Assembly: GCA_964485115.1 (NCBI GenBank)
Contig: CAZAHJ010000003.1
Coordinates: forward strand, 3,229 to 67,228
Direction of reading: 5' to 3'
Length of the DNA stretch: 64,000 nucleotides
DNA from: an uncultured Flavobacterium sp.
GTDB lineage: Bacteria; Bacteroidota; Bacteroidia; Flavobacteriales; Flavobacteriaceae
This document shows positions 49,739 to 59,180 of this stretch, one piece after another. Each line of letters opens with the position of its first letter. Within the stretch, counting starts at the first letter, position 1. The position numbers and the translations under genes are program-made. The notes beneath the pieces are model-generated. The model was not told the DNA's origin, ran no database searches, and saw only the letters and a list, made by a program, of their open reading frames with translations.

Positions 49739-50755
49739 TTACGAAATCACATTAACTTCAGGCTCTAAGGCAATTCCGAATTTTGACAAAACCTCGCTTT
49801 GTACCATTTGAGCTACTTCCCATAATTCAGCACCAGTAGCTTCTCCGTAATTCACCAACACCAATGCCTGTTTGGCATGCATTCCGGCATTGCCAATGCG
49901 TTTTCCTTTAAAGCCGGCTTGCTCAATTAACCAGCCAGCAGGGACTTTGGTTTGATGTTCATTCACCGTATAATGTGGCATTTCCGGATAGGTTTTTAGC
50001 AAGTTTTCTACAATAGATTTATCCACAATTGGATTTTTGAAAAAACTTCCACTATTACCTAACTCTTTTGGGTTTGGTAATTTGCTTTCACGAATGCGAA
50101 TCACTGCATTACTAACATCTTGAATGGTAGGTTGAGGTGTGCCCATCACTTCTAATTCCTGACCAATAGCTCCATACGAAGTATGTAAGGTATGTGGAGC
50201 TTTATCTAACAAAAAGGTAACCGAAGTAATGATGTATTGGTCTTTAACAGTATGTTTAAAAATACTTTCTCTATAACCAAATGCACAATCATGATTGCTA
50301 AAGGTTACTTTTTCTAAAGTTTCCTTATGAATGGCTTCACAACTTACCATACGGTCTTTGATTTCAACCCCATATGCTCCTATGTTTTGTACCGGAGTTG
50401 TTCCTACGTTTCCCGGAATTAAGGATAAATTTTCTAATCCTCCCAAATCATGCTGCAAAGTCCAAAGTACAAACTCGTGCCAGTTTTCACCAGCCATCCC
50501 TCTCACCAACGCTTGTTGGTTTTCTTCTTTAATAATTTCTTTTCCTTTGAGGTGGATGTGCAAAACAGTTTCTTCAATATCTCTTTGTAAAAGCATGTTA
50601 CTTCCGCCTCCTAAAATAAATTTAGGTTGGCCTTGCAAGGCTTTTAAATGTTGTACCAATTCTTCTTCCGAAGTAACTTCTACCAAGGTTTTTGCTTTGG
50701 CATCAATCCCAAAAGTATTGAAGTTTTTTAAAGAAATATTGTGAAAAGTAGGCAT
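49739..50755 (-). CDS. murB: UDP-N-acetylenolpyruvoylglucosamine reductase
   Basis: FAD-binding N-terminus (LGGGSNML), GAYG, GSFFKNP, AGWLIE motifs. Confidence 0.93.
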   Translation of the reverse strand: MPTFHNISLKNFNTFGIDAKAKTLVEVTSEEELVQHLKALQGQPKFILGGGSNMLLQRDIEETVLHIHLKGKEIIKEENQQALVRGMAGENWHEFVLWTLQHDLGGLENLSLIPGNVGTTPVQNIGAYGVEIKDRMVSCEAIHKETLEKVTFSNHDCAFGYRESIFKHTVKDQYIITSVTFLLDKAPHTLHTSYGAIGQELEVMGTPQPTIQDVSNAVIRIRESKLPNPKELGNSGSFFKNPIVDKSIVENLLKTYPEMPHYTVNEHQTKVPAGWLIEQAGFKGKRIGNAGMHAKQALVLVNYGEATGAELWEVAQMVQSEVLSKFGIALEPEVNVIS

Positions 50756-50757
50756 GT

Positions 50758-51432
50758 TTATTCGTTTTCGGTAAGGGCTCTAACTAAAAAGTCGTTCAAA
50801 GGTTTTAAAGGTTTCATTTTTGCTGCCACCTGTTGTGCAAAGTTTGGATGAAAGGCCTCGGCTAAATCAAAATAATGCGAAGCGGTAAAACTTTTGTATT
50901 TTAACCAATGCGAAGCCGGATGGTCTTTTTCAAAGTTTTTCGGACTGGTCTTCAACATATGGTTCGTATCTTGGTCTAAACCATTATAATATTTTTTAAA
51001 ATGCTTGTCGGAAATAATTTGGTCTAAATCTTCGTAAAAAAAAGCCAATTCTTTTCTGATCAAATGTAAGTCAGCAGCTTCCGGACACCACAAACCACCC
51101 GCAACAAAACTTCCTTTTGGGTGTAGATGCAAATAATAGCCAGGAGCATTTTTTTGTAATTTATTTTTGCTAAACCACATGCTCATGTGGGTTTTGTATG
51201 GGCTTTTATCTTTGGAAAACCTGATGTCTCTGTTGATTCGGAATGTGCAGTTTTTCACCTCTAAGTTTGCCAAATCTGCATCCCAACTTTTGAGAACTTC
51301 CAATAAAGAGTCAATCATTTGATGGTAGTCTTTTTTATAGGCATCATAATCTTTGGCATGCTGCTGGAACCAATCCCGATGGTTGTTTTGTTCCAATGCA
51401 CTTAAAAATTCAAAAGAGCTTTTGGCTAACAT
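50758..51432 (-). CDS. DUF2461 (TIGR02453) family protein
   Basis: FLSALEQNNHRDWF... and FRINRDIRFSKDKSPYKTH signature. Confidence 0.8.
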   Translation of the reverse strand: MLAKSSFEFLSALEQNNHRDWFQQHAKDYDAYKKDYHQMIDSLLEVLKSWDADLANLEVKNCTFRINRDIRFSKDKSPYKTHMSMWFSKNKLQKNAPGYYLHLHPKGSFVAGGLWCPEAADLHLIRKELAFFYEDLDQIISDKHFKKYYNGLDQDTNHMLKTSPKNFEKDHPASHWLKYKSFTASHYFDLAEAFHPNFAQQVAAKMKPLKPLNDFLVRALTENE

Positions 51433-51433
51433 A

Positions 51434-52522
51434 TTACGACTTATTTAAGGCAATCATTTGATAAGATTGCCTGGTTTTTTTTACAATTTCTTCAGTTCGT
51501 TCCGGATGGGTATCTGAAATAAATAACTGTCCGAAAGTATCTTGATTTACCAAATCTAAAATGGTTTGTACTCTCTCGGCATCTAATTTATCAAAAATAT
51601 CGTCAAACAATAATATAGGAAGGTGTTGACATTCTTTTTTTAAAAAGGAAAATTGAGCTAGTTTTAAAGCAATTAAAAAGGTTTTCTGTTGTCCTTGCGA
51701 ACCGAATTTTTTCAATGGATGTCCTTCAATTAAAAACTCTAAATCATCTTTATGAATTCCTTTACTTGTGTATTGAAACACTTTGTCTTTTGGTAAACTT
51801 TCTTCTAACAAAGTTTCGATAGAATTTTCATTTAAGTCGGAAACATATTCTAAACTCACTTGTTCTTTGTTTGGAGCAATATGATAATAAAAATCTAAAA
51901 ATATAGGGGTGAGTATTTGCACAAACTCCTTTCTTTTTTGAAAAATGGGCACTCCCAACTCGCTAAGTTGCCCATTGTAAATTTCTAAAGTAGTCGCATC
52001 AAACGTTCGGTTAAGAGCGAAAAATTTTAATAAAGCATTGCGTTGGCTTAATACTTTTTGGTATTGTATTAATTGATATAAGTACACCGAATCGGTGTTG
52101 GAAATTACCAAATCTAAAAATTTTCTTCTGGTTTCACTACCTTCCGAAATCAAATCTTGGTCCATTGGAGAAATCATCACCAATGGCAAAAAACCTAAAT
52201 GTTCAGAAAATTTATCATAGATTTTACCATTGCGTTTGATGATTTTTTTTTGTCCTTTTTTTAAAGAACAAACAATATTTTCTGTTCTGTGGTCTCTTTG
52301 AAAAATGCCATCAATTACAAAAAACTCTTTTCCGTGTTGGATGTTTTGTAAGCTTTGCGGATTAAAATAACTTTTGCCGTATGCCAAATGATAAATAGCA
52401 TCTAAAACATTGGTTTTTCCAATGCCATTAGCACCAACCAAGCAGTTGATTTTGGCATCAAAAGCAAATTGTTTTTCCTCGAAAGATTTGTAATGAATCA
52501 GGGAAAGCTTTTCTAAAATCAA
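51434..52522 (-). CDS. recF: DNA replication/repair protein RecF
   Basis: [14 protein letters not shown] Walker A, SQGQQKT signature, [11 protein letters not shown] Walker B. TTG start. Confidence 0.93.
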   Translation of the reverse strand: MILEKLSLIHYKSFEEKQFAFDAKINCLVGANGIGKTNVLDAIYHLAYGKSYFNPQSLQNIQHGKEFFVIDGIFQRDHRTENIVCSLKKGQKKIIKRNGKIYDKFSEHLGFLPLVMISPMDQDLISEGSETRRKFLDLVISNTDSVYLYQLIQYQKVLSQRNALLKFFALNRTFDATTLEIYNGQLSELGVPIFQKRKEFVQILTPIFLDFYYHIAPNKEQVSLEYVSDLNENSIETLLEESLPKDKVFQYTSKGIHKDDLEFLIEGHPLKKFGSQGQQKTFLIALKLAQFSFLKKECQHLPILLFDDIFDKLDAERVQTILDLVNQDTFGQLFISDTHPERTEEIVKKTRQSYQMIALNKS

Positions 52523-52538
52523 GGCATTGTATTTTTTA

Positions 52539-52546
52539 CAAAAGTA
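52539..52546 (-). promoter_or_regulatory. Candidate -7 box (TACTTTTG) for recF
   Basis: TAnnTTTG match 16 nt before TTG 52522. Confidence 0.4.
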
Positions 52547-52592
52547 GCAAAAATCAATCGAGTAATGACCCCTAATCCTGAATGAAAATCAA

Positions 52593-53207
52593 TTATATTA
52601 ATTGTTCTTTTAAGTAATTCAAGCTATGTCGTCCTTCGTTAAAAAGCAAATCTAAAATACTTAAATTAGGAATAAAACCATGTTTTTCTTCAAAAACTTG
52701 GTGGTATGGAGTGTTGTTAAAAGTATGTTTTTTCCCGTCAATTAAATGCCTGAAATCGGTAATCTTTTTAGGAGGTGTTTGGAAATATTCATTGGTTTTT
52801 TGAGGTGTTTTGTGGTATCCTATCAACGTTTGTAACATCTCCCAAATTCCCAAGTTTAAGTCCATTAAAAAAGGATATTGTTTGGAATAAATTGGAGCTA
52901 AATCGTCTTCAAAATACTCAAAAAAAGGGGAGGAGCGATAGGCAGCTTCTAAGGATTTCCAATGTTGTTTTTGCCAGTTAAAACTGTACTCGATTTTTAC
53001 ATCTCGTGTTTTTTGGTGGATTCCTTTGTTGTGTTTAACTGGAATTTGAAGCAATTGTGTGCCATTTGGACTGTAAATGTACATCCGGTTTCGATTGGTT
53101 TGTTTTTGAAAATGATCGTCCATTTCAAACCAAAGTTCTTCACATTGCACCATCACAGCCAATTGGTGAATGCTTGGAAAATAACCCGGATATACTAATG
53201 ATTTCAT
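52593..53207 (-). CDS. WbqC family protein
   Basis: YFPSIHQLAVMVQCEELWFEMDDHFQKQTNRNR pattern. Confidence 0.75.
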   Translation of the reverse strand: MKSLVYPGYFPSIHQLAVMVQCEELWFEMDDHFQKQTNRNRMYIYSPNGTQLLQIPVKHNKGIHQKTRDVKIEYSFNWQKQHWKSLEAAYRSSPFFEYFEDDLAPIYSKQYPFLMDLNLGIWEMLQTLIGYHKTPQKTNEYFQTPPKKITDFRHLIDGKKHTFNNTPYHQVFEEKHGFIPNLSILDLLFNEGRHSLNYLKEQLI

Positions 53208-53276
53208 TTCTTTAAATTTTATAAAATAGAAAATTCACAATAGGCTTAATTTTAAATTTAAAAGATGTTCTAAATT

Positions 53277-53648
53277 TTACAAAATAATCCTTTTAATTCC
53301 TTCTTTTAAAGTGGAAACATGAAAGTTTAATAGCAAACCAAGTTTATATTGACCTAATTTTAAGTATGTCAAAACTTGTGCTGTATGCACTTCTGTAAAA
53401 TCTTCAACAGTTTTTAACTCTATGACAACTTTATTCTCTACCAGTAGATCAATTCGATAACCATGATCTAACTTTACCTCTTTATAAACAATTGGTAAGG
53501 CTTTTTCTTTTTCAACTTTAAGTCCTTCATTAACTAGCTCATAATATAAACATTCTTGATAAGCAGATTCCAATAAACCCGGACCAAGCTGTTTATGTAC
53601 TTCAATTGCACAACCAATTATCGTATGAGATATTTCGTTTTCAGACAA
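53277..53648 (-). CDS. GxxExxY protein (PD-(D/E)XK-like fold family)
   Basis: ENEISHTIIGCAIEVHKQLGPGLLESAYQECLYYEL...YRIDLLVENKVVIELK...GLLLNFHV...GIKRII. TTG start. Confidence 0.85.
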   Translation of the reverse strand: MSENEISHTIIGCAIEVHKQLGPGLLESAYQECLYYELVNEGLKVEKEKALPIVYKEVKLDHGYRIDLLVENKVVIELKTVEDFTEVHTAQVLTYLKLGQYKLGLLLNFHVSTLKEGIKRIIL

Positions 53649-53669
53649 TAGATCTTTTATTTTTAATTT

Positions 53670-53755
53670 CTTTGTGTTTTTTGTGACTTCTTTGAGAAGC
53701 TTTGTGTAATAGTTATATCACAAAGAACCACCAAGAATCTCAAAGTTTCATAAAG
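53670..53755. repeat. Dyad-symmetric array of eight phased C(A/T)CAAAG heptamers
   Basis: Plus-strand CTTTGTG, TTTTGTG, CTTTGAG, CTTTGTG at 53670/53679/53690/53700. CACAAAG, CACCAAG, CTCAAAG, CATAAAG at 53719/53729/53739/53749. The symmetry centre is 53712/53713. Confidence 0.85.
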
Positions 53756-53771
53756 TTTTTAAAGATAAATA

Positions 53772-55328
53772 TTATAAATTTTCTACTGCTTTCTTTTTTC
53801 TCTTTCGGTAAAAATCCCAACCAAAGTAAATTGCCAACAAGCCTAAAAAGTATTTAAAGTACGATACTGGTTCACCGTTTCCGTGAACAGTGGTAAATAA
53901 CCTATCGGTTCTGATGCTCCAATTTTTAAAGCCATTCATCATATTTTTGATGCTAAACCAAATAAATACAGGTTTACCAATGATGTGGTCTTCCGGTACA
54001 AATCCCCAAAAACGACTGTCTTCTGAATTATGTCTGTTGTCACCCATCATCCAATAATAATCCATGGCAAAGGTGTATTGGTTGGCAACTTGTCCGTCAA
54101 TTTTAATCACATCTCCATTTACTTCTAAATCGTGTTTTTCATAATCCTTGATTATGGCTTGGTACAAAGGCAAGTTTTCTTTATTCAAAGCTACTGTGGT
54201 ACCTTTTTTCGGGATCCAAATAGATTCCATATCGTCTACCGTTTGTAATTTATTATGTGGGAACAAATCTTTACTTGGTTCGTAATTATATCTGTCTATT
54301 TTAACCACATTTTCATTGTTTTTCAAACGCTCTACCATTTCATTAGTCAAGGCATGAAAAATGTACAAGGTACCTTCGTTATTTTGAACAGAAATATCTA
54401 CAATGTTGATGTCTAAATCTTCTAATAAATAATCTGGGTTAAAGTAGGTTTTGGTTTGCACGATGTAACGATATTGTATTTTTTGTCGATCGTGCATAGC
54501 CAAAGGCTTTCCGTTACTATAAAACACTCCATTTACAATTTTGATAGAGTCTCCAGGCAATCCAACGCATCTTTTCACATAATTCGATTTTTTGTCTAAA
54601 GGTTTATCAGCTCTTCTGCCTGATTTATCAAAAAACTGATAAACAGTATCTTGAGGCCAGTTAAACACTACGATGTCGTTGTGTTTGATTTTTTCAAATC
54701 CTGGTAATCTGAAGGAAGGTAATTGCGGATAACTTAAATAGGATTTGGTTCTAATCAACGGAATTGAATCGTGTACCATTGGTACTGCAAATGGGGTTGA
54801 AGGAGTACGAGGTCCGTAATTTACTTTGCTTACAAATAAAAAATCTCCAATTAACAACGACTTTTCTAATGAAGAAGTCGGTATGGTAAAAGGTTGCAAT
54901 ACATAGGTGTGAATGATGGTTGCAATAATTACAGCAAATACAATAGAACCATAAAAAGTGTCTTTCTGTTTTTTGGTATCTTCCGGATTTTCCGGTTGAT
55001 AGGTTACTTCAGCAACATAATTTAAATAGTACAAGTAAAAACCTAAAGTGACCACCGTTAACCAACTTTCTTTGCTATTGTCTCTGCCAAAAGCTCTTAA
55101 AGTTTGTAGCCATAAAACTACAAACATCAAATTGTTGATTACCGGGATAAACAACAACAACACCCACCACCACGGACGTTGGATGATTTTTAATAAAACA
55201 ATGGCATTGTAAATTGGAATTCCTGCTTCCCAGCTTTTTCTTCCAGCCTTTTCATATAATTTCCAAGTTCCTAAAAAGTGCACCAATTGCACTGCTAAAA
55301 ATGCGATAAACCAACCAAATAATGTCAT
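53772..55328 (-). CDS. lepB: Signal peptidase I (long Bacteroidota form with N-terminal membrane domain)
   Basis: SSLEKSLLIGDFLFVSK (Ser box), VKRCVGLPGD (Lys box), GDNRHNSEDSRFWGFVP. Confidence 0.88.
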   Translation of the reverse strand: MTLFGWFIAFLAVQLVHFLGTWKLYEKAGRKSWEAGIPIYNAIVLLKIIQRPWWWVLLLFIPVINNLMFVVLWLQTLRAFGRDNSKESWLTVVTLGFYLYYLNYVAEVTYQPENPEDTKKQKDTFYGSIVFAVIIATIIHTYVLQPFTIPTSSLEKSLLIGDFLFVSKVNYGPRTPSTPFAVPMVHDSIPLIRTKSYLSYPQLPSFRLPGFEKIKHNDIVVFNWPQDTVYQFFDKSGRRADKPLDKKSNYVKRCVGLPGDSIKIVNGVFYSNGKPLAMHDRQKIQYRYIVQTKTYFNPDYLLEDLDINIVDISVQNNEGTLYIFHALTNEMVERLKNNENVVKIDRYNYEPSKDLFPHNKLQTVDDMESIWIPKKGTTVALNKENLPLYQAIIKDYEKHDLEVNGDVIKIDGQVANQYTFAMDYYWMMGDNRHNSEDSRFWGFVPEDHIIGKPVFIWFSIKNMMNGFKNWSIRTDRLFTTVHGNGEPVSYFKYFLGLLAIYFGWDFYRKRKKKAVENL

Positions 55329-55359
55329 GAGGTATTCGTTAATTAGGTTTTATTTTTTA

Positions 55360-56067
55360 TTATTCTTCTCCAAAAAATACATCCTGCATGGTGTATACTC
55401 CTTTTTTGCCAATCAACCATTCTGCTGCCATTACAGCACCTAAAGCAAAACCTTCTCGATTGTGGGCAGTGTGCTTGATTTCGATGGTATCTACTTCAGA
55501 TTGGTAAAAAATACTATGAGTTCCTGGTACTTGGTTTTCTCTTTTGGCAACAATTTTTAAATCGCTTTCCGAAAGTTTGTCCATGTTCCAACGTTTATAA
55601 GTAGGATGAATATTTACAATTCCATTTGCCAAACTTATGGCAGTGCCACTTGGTGCATCTAATTTTTGGGTATGATGAATTTCTTCTAATTCACATTGGT
55701 AGGAGGGGAATTTTGACATCAACTTGGCCAAATATTTATTCAACTCAAAAAAGATGTTTACACCCAAACTAAAATTAGAGCCATATATAAAACCGGTGTG
55801 GTTTTCTTCACACAATTGCACCATTTTGTCATAATCATGTAACCATCCGGTGGTTCCGGCTACCACCGGAATTCCTTGCTTTAAAGCATAAGAAATGTTG
55901 TTTACTGCACCATCAGGAACACTAAATTCAATGGCAATGTCTGCTTGTTCCAAACCTTCAAAACTATCTTGACTCCCTTTACGAAGTACAATTTCATGAC
56001 CTCTTTTGGCAGCAATATCTTCAATTACTTTTCCCATTTTTCCGTAGCCTAGCAATGCAATTTTCAT
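55360..56067 (-). CDS. dapB: 4-hydroxy-tetrahydrodipicolinate reductase
   Basis: MKIALLGYGKMG; EIHHTQKLDAPSGTA signature. Confidence 0.93.
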   Translation of the reverse strand: MKIALLGYGKMGKVIEDIAAKRGHEIVLRKGSQDSFEGLEQADIAIEFSVPDGAVNNISYALKQGIPVVAGTTGWLHDYDKMVQLCEENHTGFIYGSNFSLGVNIFFELNKYLAKLMSKFPSYQCELEEIHHTQKLDAPSGTAISLANGIVNIHPTYKRWNMDKLSESDLKIVAKRENQVPGTHSIFYQSEVDTIEIKHTAHNREGFALGAVMAAEWLIGKKGVYTMQDVFFGEE

Positions 56068-56097
56068 GGTGTATATTTTTTGGTGGTACTTATTGGA

Positions 56098-56682
56098 CTA
56101 TTTTATTTCAATTAAGTTACGTTTCTTTTCCAAATTCCAAGTAAGTGTAATGCCTATTTGTGGTTGTAAATCGATAGGATTCCACAGGATATCCGGACGT
56201 AAACTTAAGTTTTGATCAACGTTGAATTGTTTTAAATGGGCATCTACATTGGCATCTACAATGTTTAACACATACAAACCAATGGTTGCAATTAAAGCCA
56301 AATCTCTGTTTCGTTGAAATTGACGTTGGGCATTGATTAGAATTTGGTCAGAATAAATGCCTAAGAATTCATCTGGTTGTCCTTCCAATCTTTTTTTGTA
56401 TGCAGAGCGATATCGGTCATAACGTTGGTCGTTCCAAACGTAAATTCCCACACCGGTTCCAATGGCTCCATACACAATCGGAATTTTCCAATATCTTTTG
56501 TTGTAAGCTTGTCCCAAACCTGGAACCAAGGCAGAATAAAATGCTGCTTTTGATGGAGCTAATGGGTTGATGCTTACTTGTTTTGAATTTTTTTGGATAG
56601 AGTCTGCAGGCTTTACTTTTAAATCGTTCTGACTCCAAAGAAAACCTAAACACCCCAACCATATGAAGAAAATGCGAATCAC
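56098..56682 (-). CDS. DUF5683-like membrane protein
   Basis: SALVPGLGQAYNKRYWKIPIVY motif. The GTG start overlaps the parB stop by 1 nt. Confidence 0.65.
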   Translation of the reverse strand: MIRIFFIWLGCLGFLWSQNDLKVKPADSIQKNSKQVSINPLAPSKAAFYSALVPGLGQAYNKRYWKIPIVYGAIGTGVGIYVWNDQRYDRYRSAYKKRLEGQPDEFLGIYSDQILINAQRQFQRNRDLALIATIGLYVLNIVDANVDAHLKQFNVDQNLSLRPDILWNPIDLQPQIGITLTWNLEKKRNLIEIK

Positions 56683-57581
56683 TAACCTCCGATTTTGGAT
56701 AAAATTTGTTGTAATTCTTCGTTTGATTTGAATGGAATTGAGATTGCTCCTTTGCCATTGGCATCTACTTTCACTTGTACTTTTGCTCCAAGATTTGCAG
56801 CAATTTTTGCCAATTCCTCTTTGCTCAAAGGTTGAATTTTGGTCATGCTTTTTTTGGCAGGAGTTTTAGATATTCCTTCTTGGTAGGCTTTTACCAATTG
56901 CTCAGTATCGCGAACAGATAAGTTTTCACGAATAATTTTTTGATAAATTTCTGCCTGAACTTCTTGATTTTCAATATTGATGATGGCCTTTCCGTGTCCC
57001 ATACTGATAAAGCCATCACGAATTCCGGTTTGAATGATGGGATCTAATTTTAATAACCTTAAGTAATTGGTGATGGTAGATCTTTTCTTGCCTACTTTAT
57101 CACTTACTTGCTCTTGGGTTAGTTGAATTTCATCCATCAAACGTTGGTAAGATAAAGCAACTTCGATAGGGTCTAAATCACTACGTTGGATGTTTTCTAC
57201 CAATGCCATTAACAGCGATTCTTGGTCGTTTGCTAATCGAATATATGCCGGAATACTTGTTAATCCAGCAAGTTTAGATGCTCTCCATCTTCTTTCTCCA
57301 GAAATTAATTGGTATTTGTCAAATCCAATTTTTCTTACAGTAATTGGTTGAATTACCCCTAATTCTTTAATGGAATTTGCTAATTCTCCTAAAGCTTCTT
57401 CGTTAAATTGGGTTCTTGGTTGAAATGGATTGATTTCAATGGCTGCCAATTCAACTTCTATGATATTGCCAACCACTTTATCTGCATTTTTATCCCCAGC
57501 TGATTTGATATCATTGCTTGGATCTTTTAACAAGGCTGATAAACCTCTTCCTAAAGCTTGTTTTTTGGTTGCTTGTGCCAT
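56682..57581 (-). CDS. parB: Chromosome partitioning protein ParB
   Basis: NPFQPR, ISGERRWRAS, HTH region, C-terminal dimerisation region. Confidence 0.93.
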   Translation of the reverse strand: MAQATKKQALGRGLSALLKDPSNDIKSAGDKNADKVVGNIIEVELAAIEINPFQPRTQFNEEALGELANSIKELGVIQPITVRKIGFDKYQLISGERRWRASKLAGLTSIPAYIRLANDQESLLMALVENIQRSDLDPIEVALSYQRLMDEIQLTQEQVSDKVGKKRSTITNYLRLLKLDPIIQTGIRDGFISMGHGKAIINIENQEVQAEIYQKIIRENLSVRDTEQLVKAYQEGISKTPAKKSMTKIQPLSKEELAKIAANLGAKVQVKVDANGKGAISIPFKSNEELQQILSKIGG

Positions 57582-57708
57582 ATAATTTTAGTGGTAATGA
57601 TATAAATATAATGGTAAATTATTCCATATTTCTTTGTTTTTCGCAAGAAAATTCAAATCTAAGGAAATCTTCCGAAAAAAAGGGAAATTTTAAGGAAACT
57701 ATCGGTAT

Positions 57709-58488
57709 TTAATTGGCAAAATCTACTTTGTTTTTCTCTATAATTTCTGCTGCTAAACTTAAGTAATTGGTAGCTCCTTTACTGGTAGCATCAAAATTAA
57801 GGATACTTTCACCAAAACTAGGGGCTTCACTTAATTTTACATTTCTTTGGATGATAGTTTCAAAAACCATGTCTTGAAAATGCTTTTGCACTTCTTCCAC
57901 TACTTGATTAGACAAGCGTAAACGAGAATCGTACATGGTTAACAACATTCCTTCGATATCTAACTTTGGATTGTGGATTTTTTGTACACTTTTAATGGTG
58001 TTCAATAATTTACCTAATCCTTCTAAAGCAAAATACTCGCATTGGATTGGTATTAACACACTATCTGCAGCACTTAACGCATTGATGGTAAGTAAACCTA
58101 GCGATGGTGCACAATCAATCAAGATAAAATCGTAATTATCTCGCACATTTTTTAAGGCATCAAATAACATGTACTCGCGATTGTCTTTATCTACCAATTC
58201 TATTTCGATCGCAACTAGGTCAATATGAGCTGGAACCACGTTTACGTTTGGAGCAGTACATGATTGGATGGCTTCCTGTACAGTGTTGCTATGTTCAATT
58301 ACTTGGTAGGTTCCAATTTCTACTTCATCAACATTAATACCTAAACCTGAACTGGCATTAGCCTGAGGATCTGCATCAATCAACAACACTTTTTTTTCTA
58401 AAGCACCTAAAGCTGCAGCTAAATTTACCGAAGTAGTAGTTTTTCCTACGCCTCCTTTTTGGTTGGCTATCGCAATAATTTTCCCCAT
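57709..58488 (-). CDS. parA: Chromosome partitioning ATPase ParA/Soj
   Basis: Deviant Walker A NQKGGVGKTT; LIDCAPS; full-length ParA pattern. Confidence 0.93.
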   Translation of the reverse strand: MGKIIAIANQKGGVGKTTTSVNLAAALGALEKKVLLIDADPQANASSGLGINVDEVEIGTYQVIEHSNTVQEAIQSCTAPNVNVVPAHIDLVAIEIELVDKDNREYMLFDALKNVRDNYDFILIDCAPSLGLLTINALSAADSVLIPIQCEYFALEGLGKLLNTIKSVQKIHNPKLDIEGMLLTMYDSRLRLSNQVVEEVQKHFQDMVFETIIQRNVKLSEAPSFGESILNFDATSKGATNYLSLAAEIIEKNKVDFAN

Positions 58489-58573
58489 AATTTTTATACC
58501 AATTGAGAGGGTAAAGTTACCATAAATTTTGGGTTGAGAAAATACTAATTGTTAACAATTGATGAGGAAAAAG

Positions 58574-59179
58574 TCAATTATCTAACTTCCAACGAACTTC
58601 ATATAATAGGTTTAAGCTTGCTTCTGCCTTGGGCCAGTCGGCTTTTTTGACGGCAATTTTCAATTGGTAATCTTCTTGTTGACTTTGTTGCAGGATTACA
58701 GCTTCATTTTCCTTAAGCCAGCGCATCACTTGATTAGTACAATGGTATGGAAATTTTAAGTAAATATTTTCTTGTAGAACTTTTTTGATGATGCTAGCTT
58801 CTTGCAAGGTTATTTGTGCAGTAGTTCGATAACTGCTAATGAGTCCGCTCACTCCAAGTTTGATTCCTCCAAAGTAACGAACCACTATTACCAATACATT
58901 GGTAAGGGTAAACGATTGAATTTGACCTAGTATTGGAGTTCCAGCAGTATGGTTAGGCTCTCCATCGTCATTGGCTCTCCATTTAATGTTCGGATAACCA
59001 ATTTGGTAGGCATAACACCAATGTCGGGCTTGTGTATGTTGTTTTTTAATTTTTTCCAAACATGCTTTCACTTCCTCCTCTGATTGTACCGGAAAAGCAT
59101 ATCCAAAAAACTTGCTCTGCTTTTCTTTAAAAAGCACTTCGGGAGTAGCTTCTGCAATGGTTTGAAAGGTGTCTTTCAT
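58574..59179 (-). CDS. YigZ/IMPACT family protein
   Basis: KQSKFFGYAFPV.SEEE...HWCYAY...DDGEP..TAG pattern. Confidence 0.8.
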   Translation of the reverse strand: MKDTFQTIAEATPEVLFKEKQSKFFGYAFPVQSEEEVKACLEKIKKQHTQARHWCYAYQIGYPNIKWRANDDGEPNHTAGTPILGQIQSFTLTNVLVIVVRYFGGIKLGVSGLISSYRTTAQITLQEASIIKKVLQENIYLKFPYHCTNQVMRWLKENEAVILQQSQQEDYQLKIAVKKADWPKAEASLNLLYEVRWKLDN

Positions 59180-59180
59180 A

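Noticed and set aside
50331-50744. Long antisense ORFs (137 aa in murB; also 40788-41189 in uvrA, 22440-22841 in hisS, 23723-24118 in fabH, 18171-18551 and 17206-17574 in phoA, 5954-6331 across trmD/DUF2721)
   Set aside because: All are embedded opposite strongly supported housekeeping genes. They have biased, motif-free sequences and no promoter box or independent context.
56682-58573. parS site near parAB
   Set aside because: There is no match to TGTTNCACGTGAAACA. Only half-site-like strings occur, such as GTGAAAC inside the PPIase gene at ~39765.
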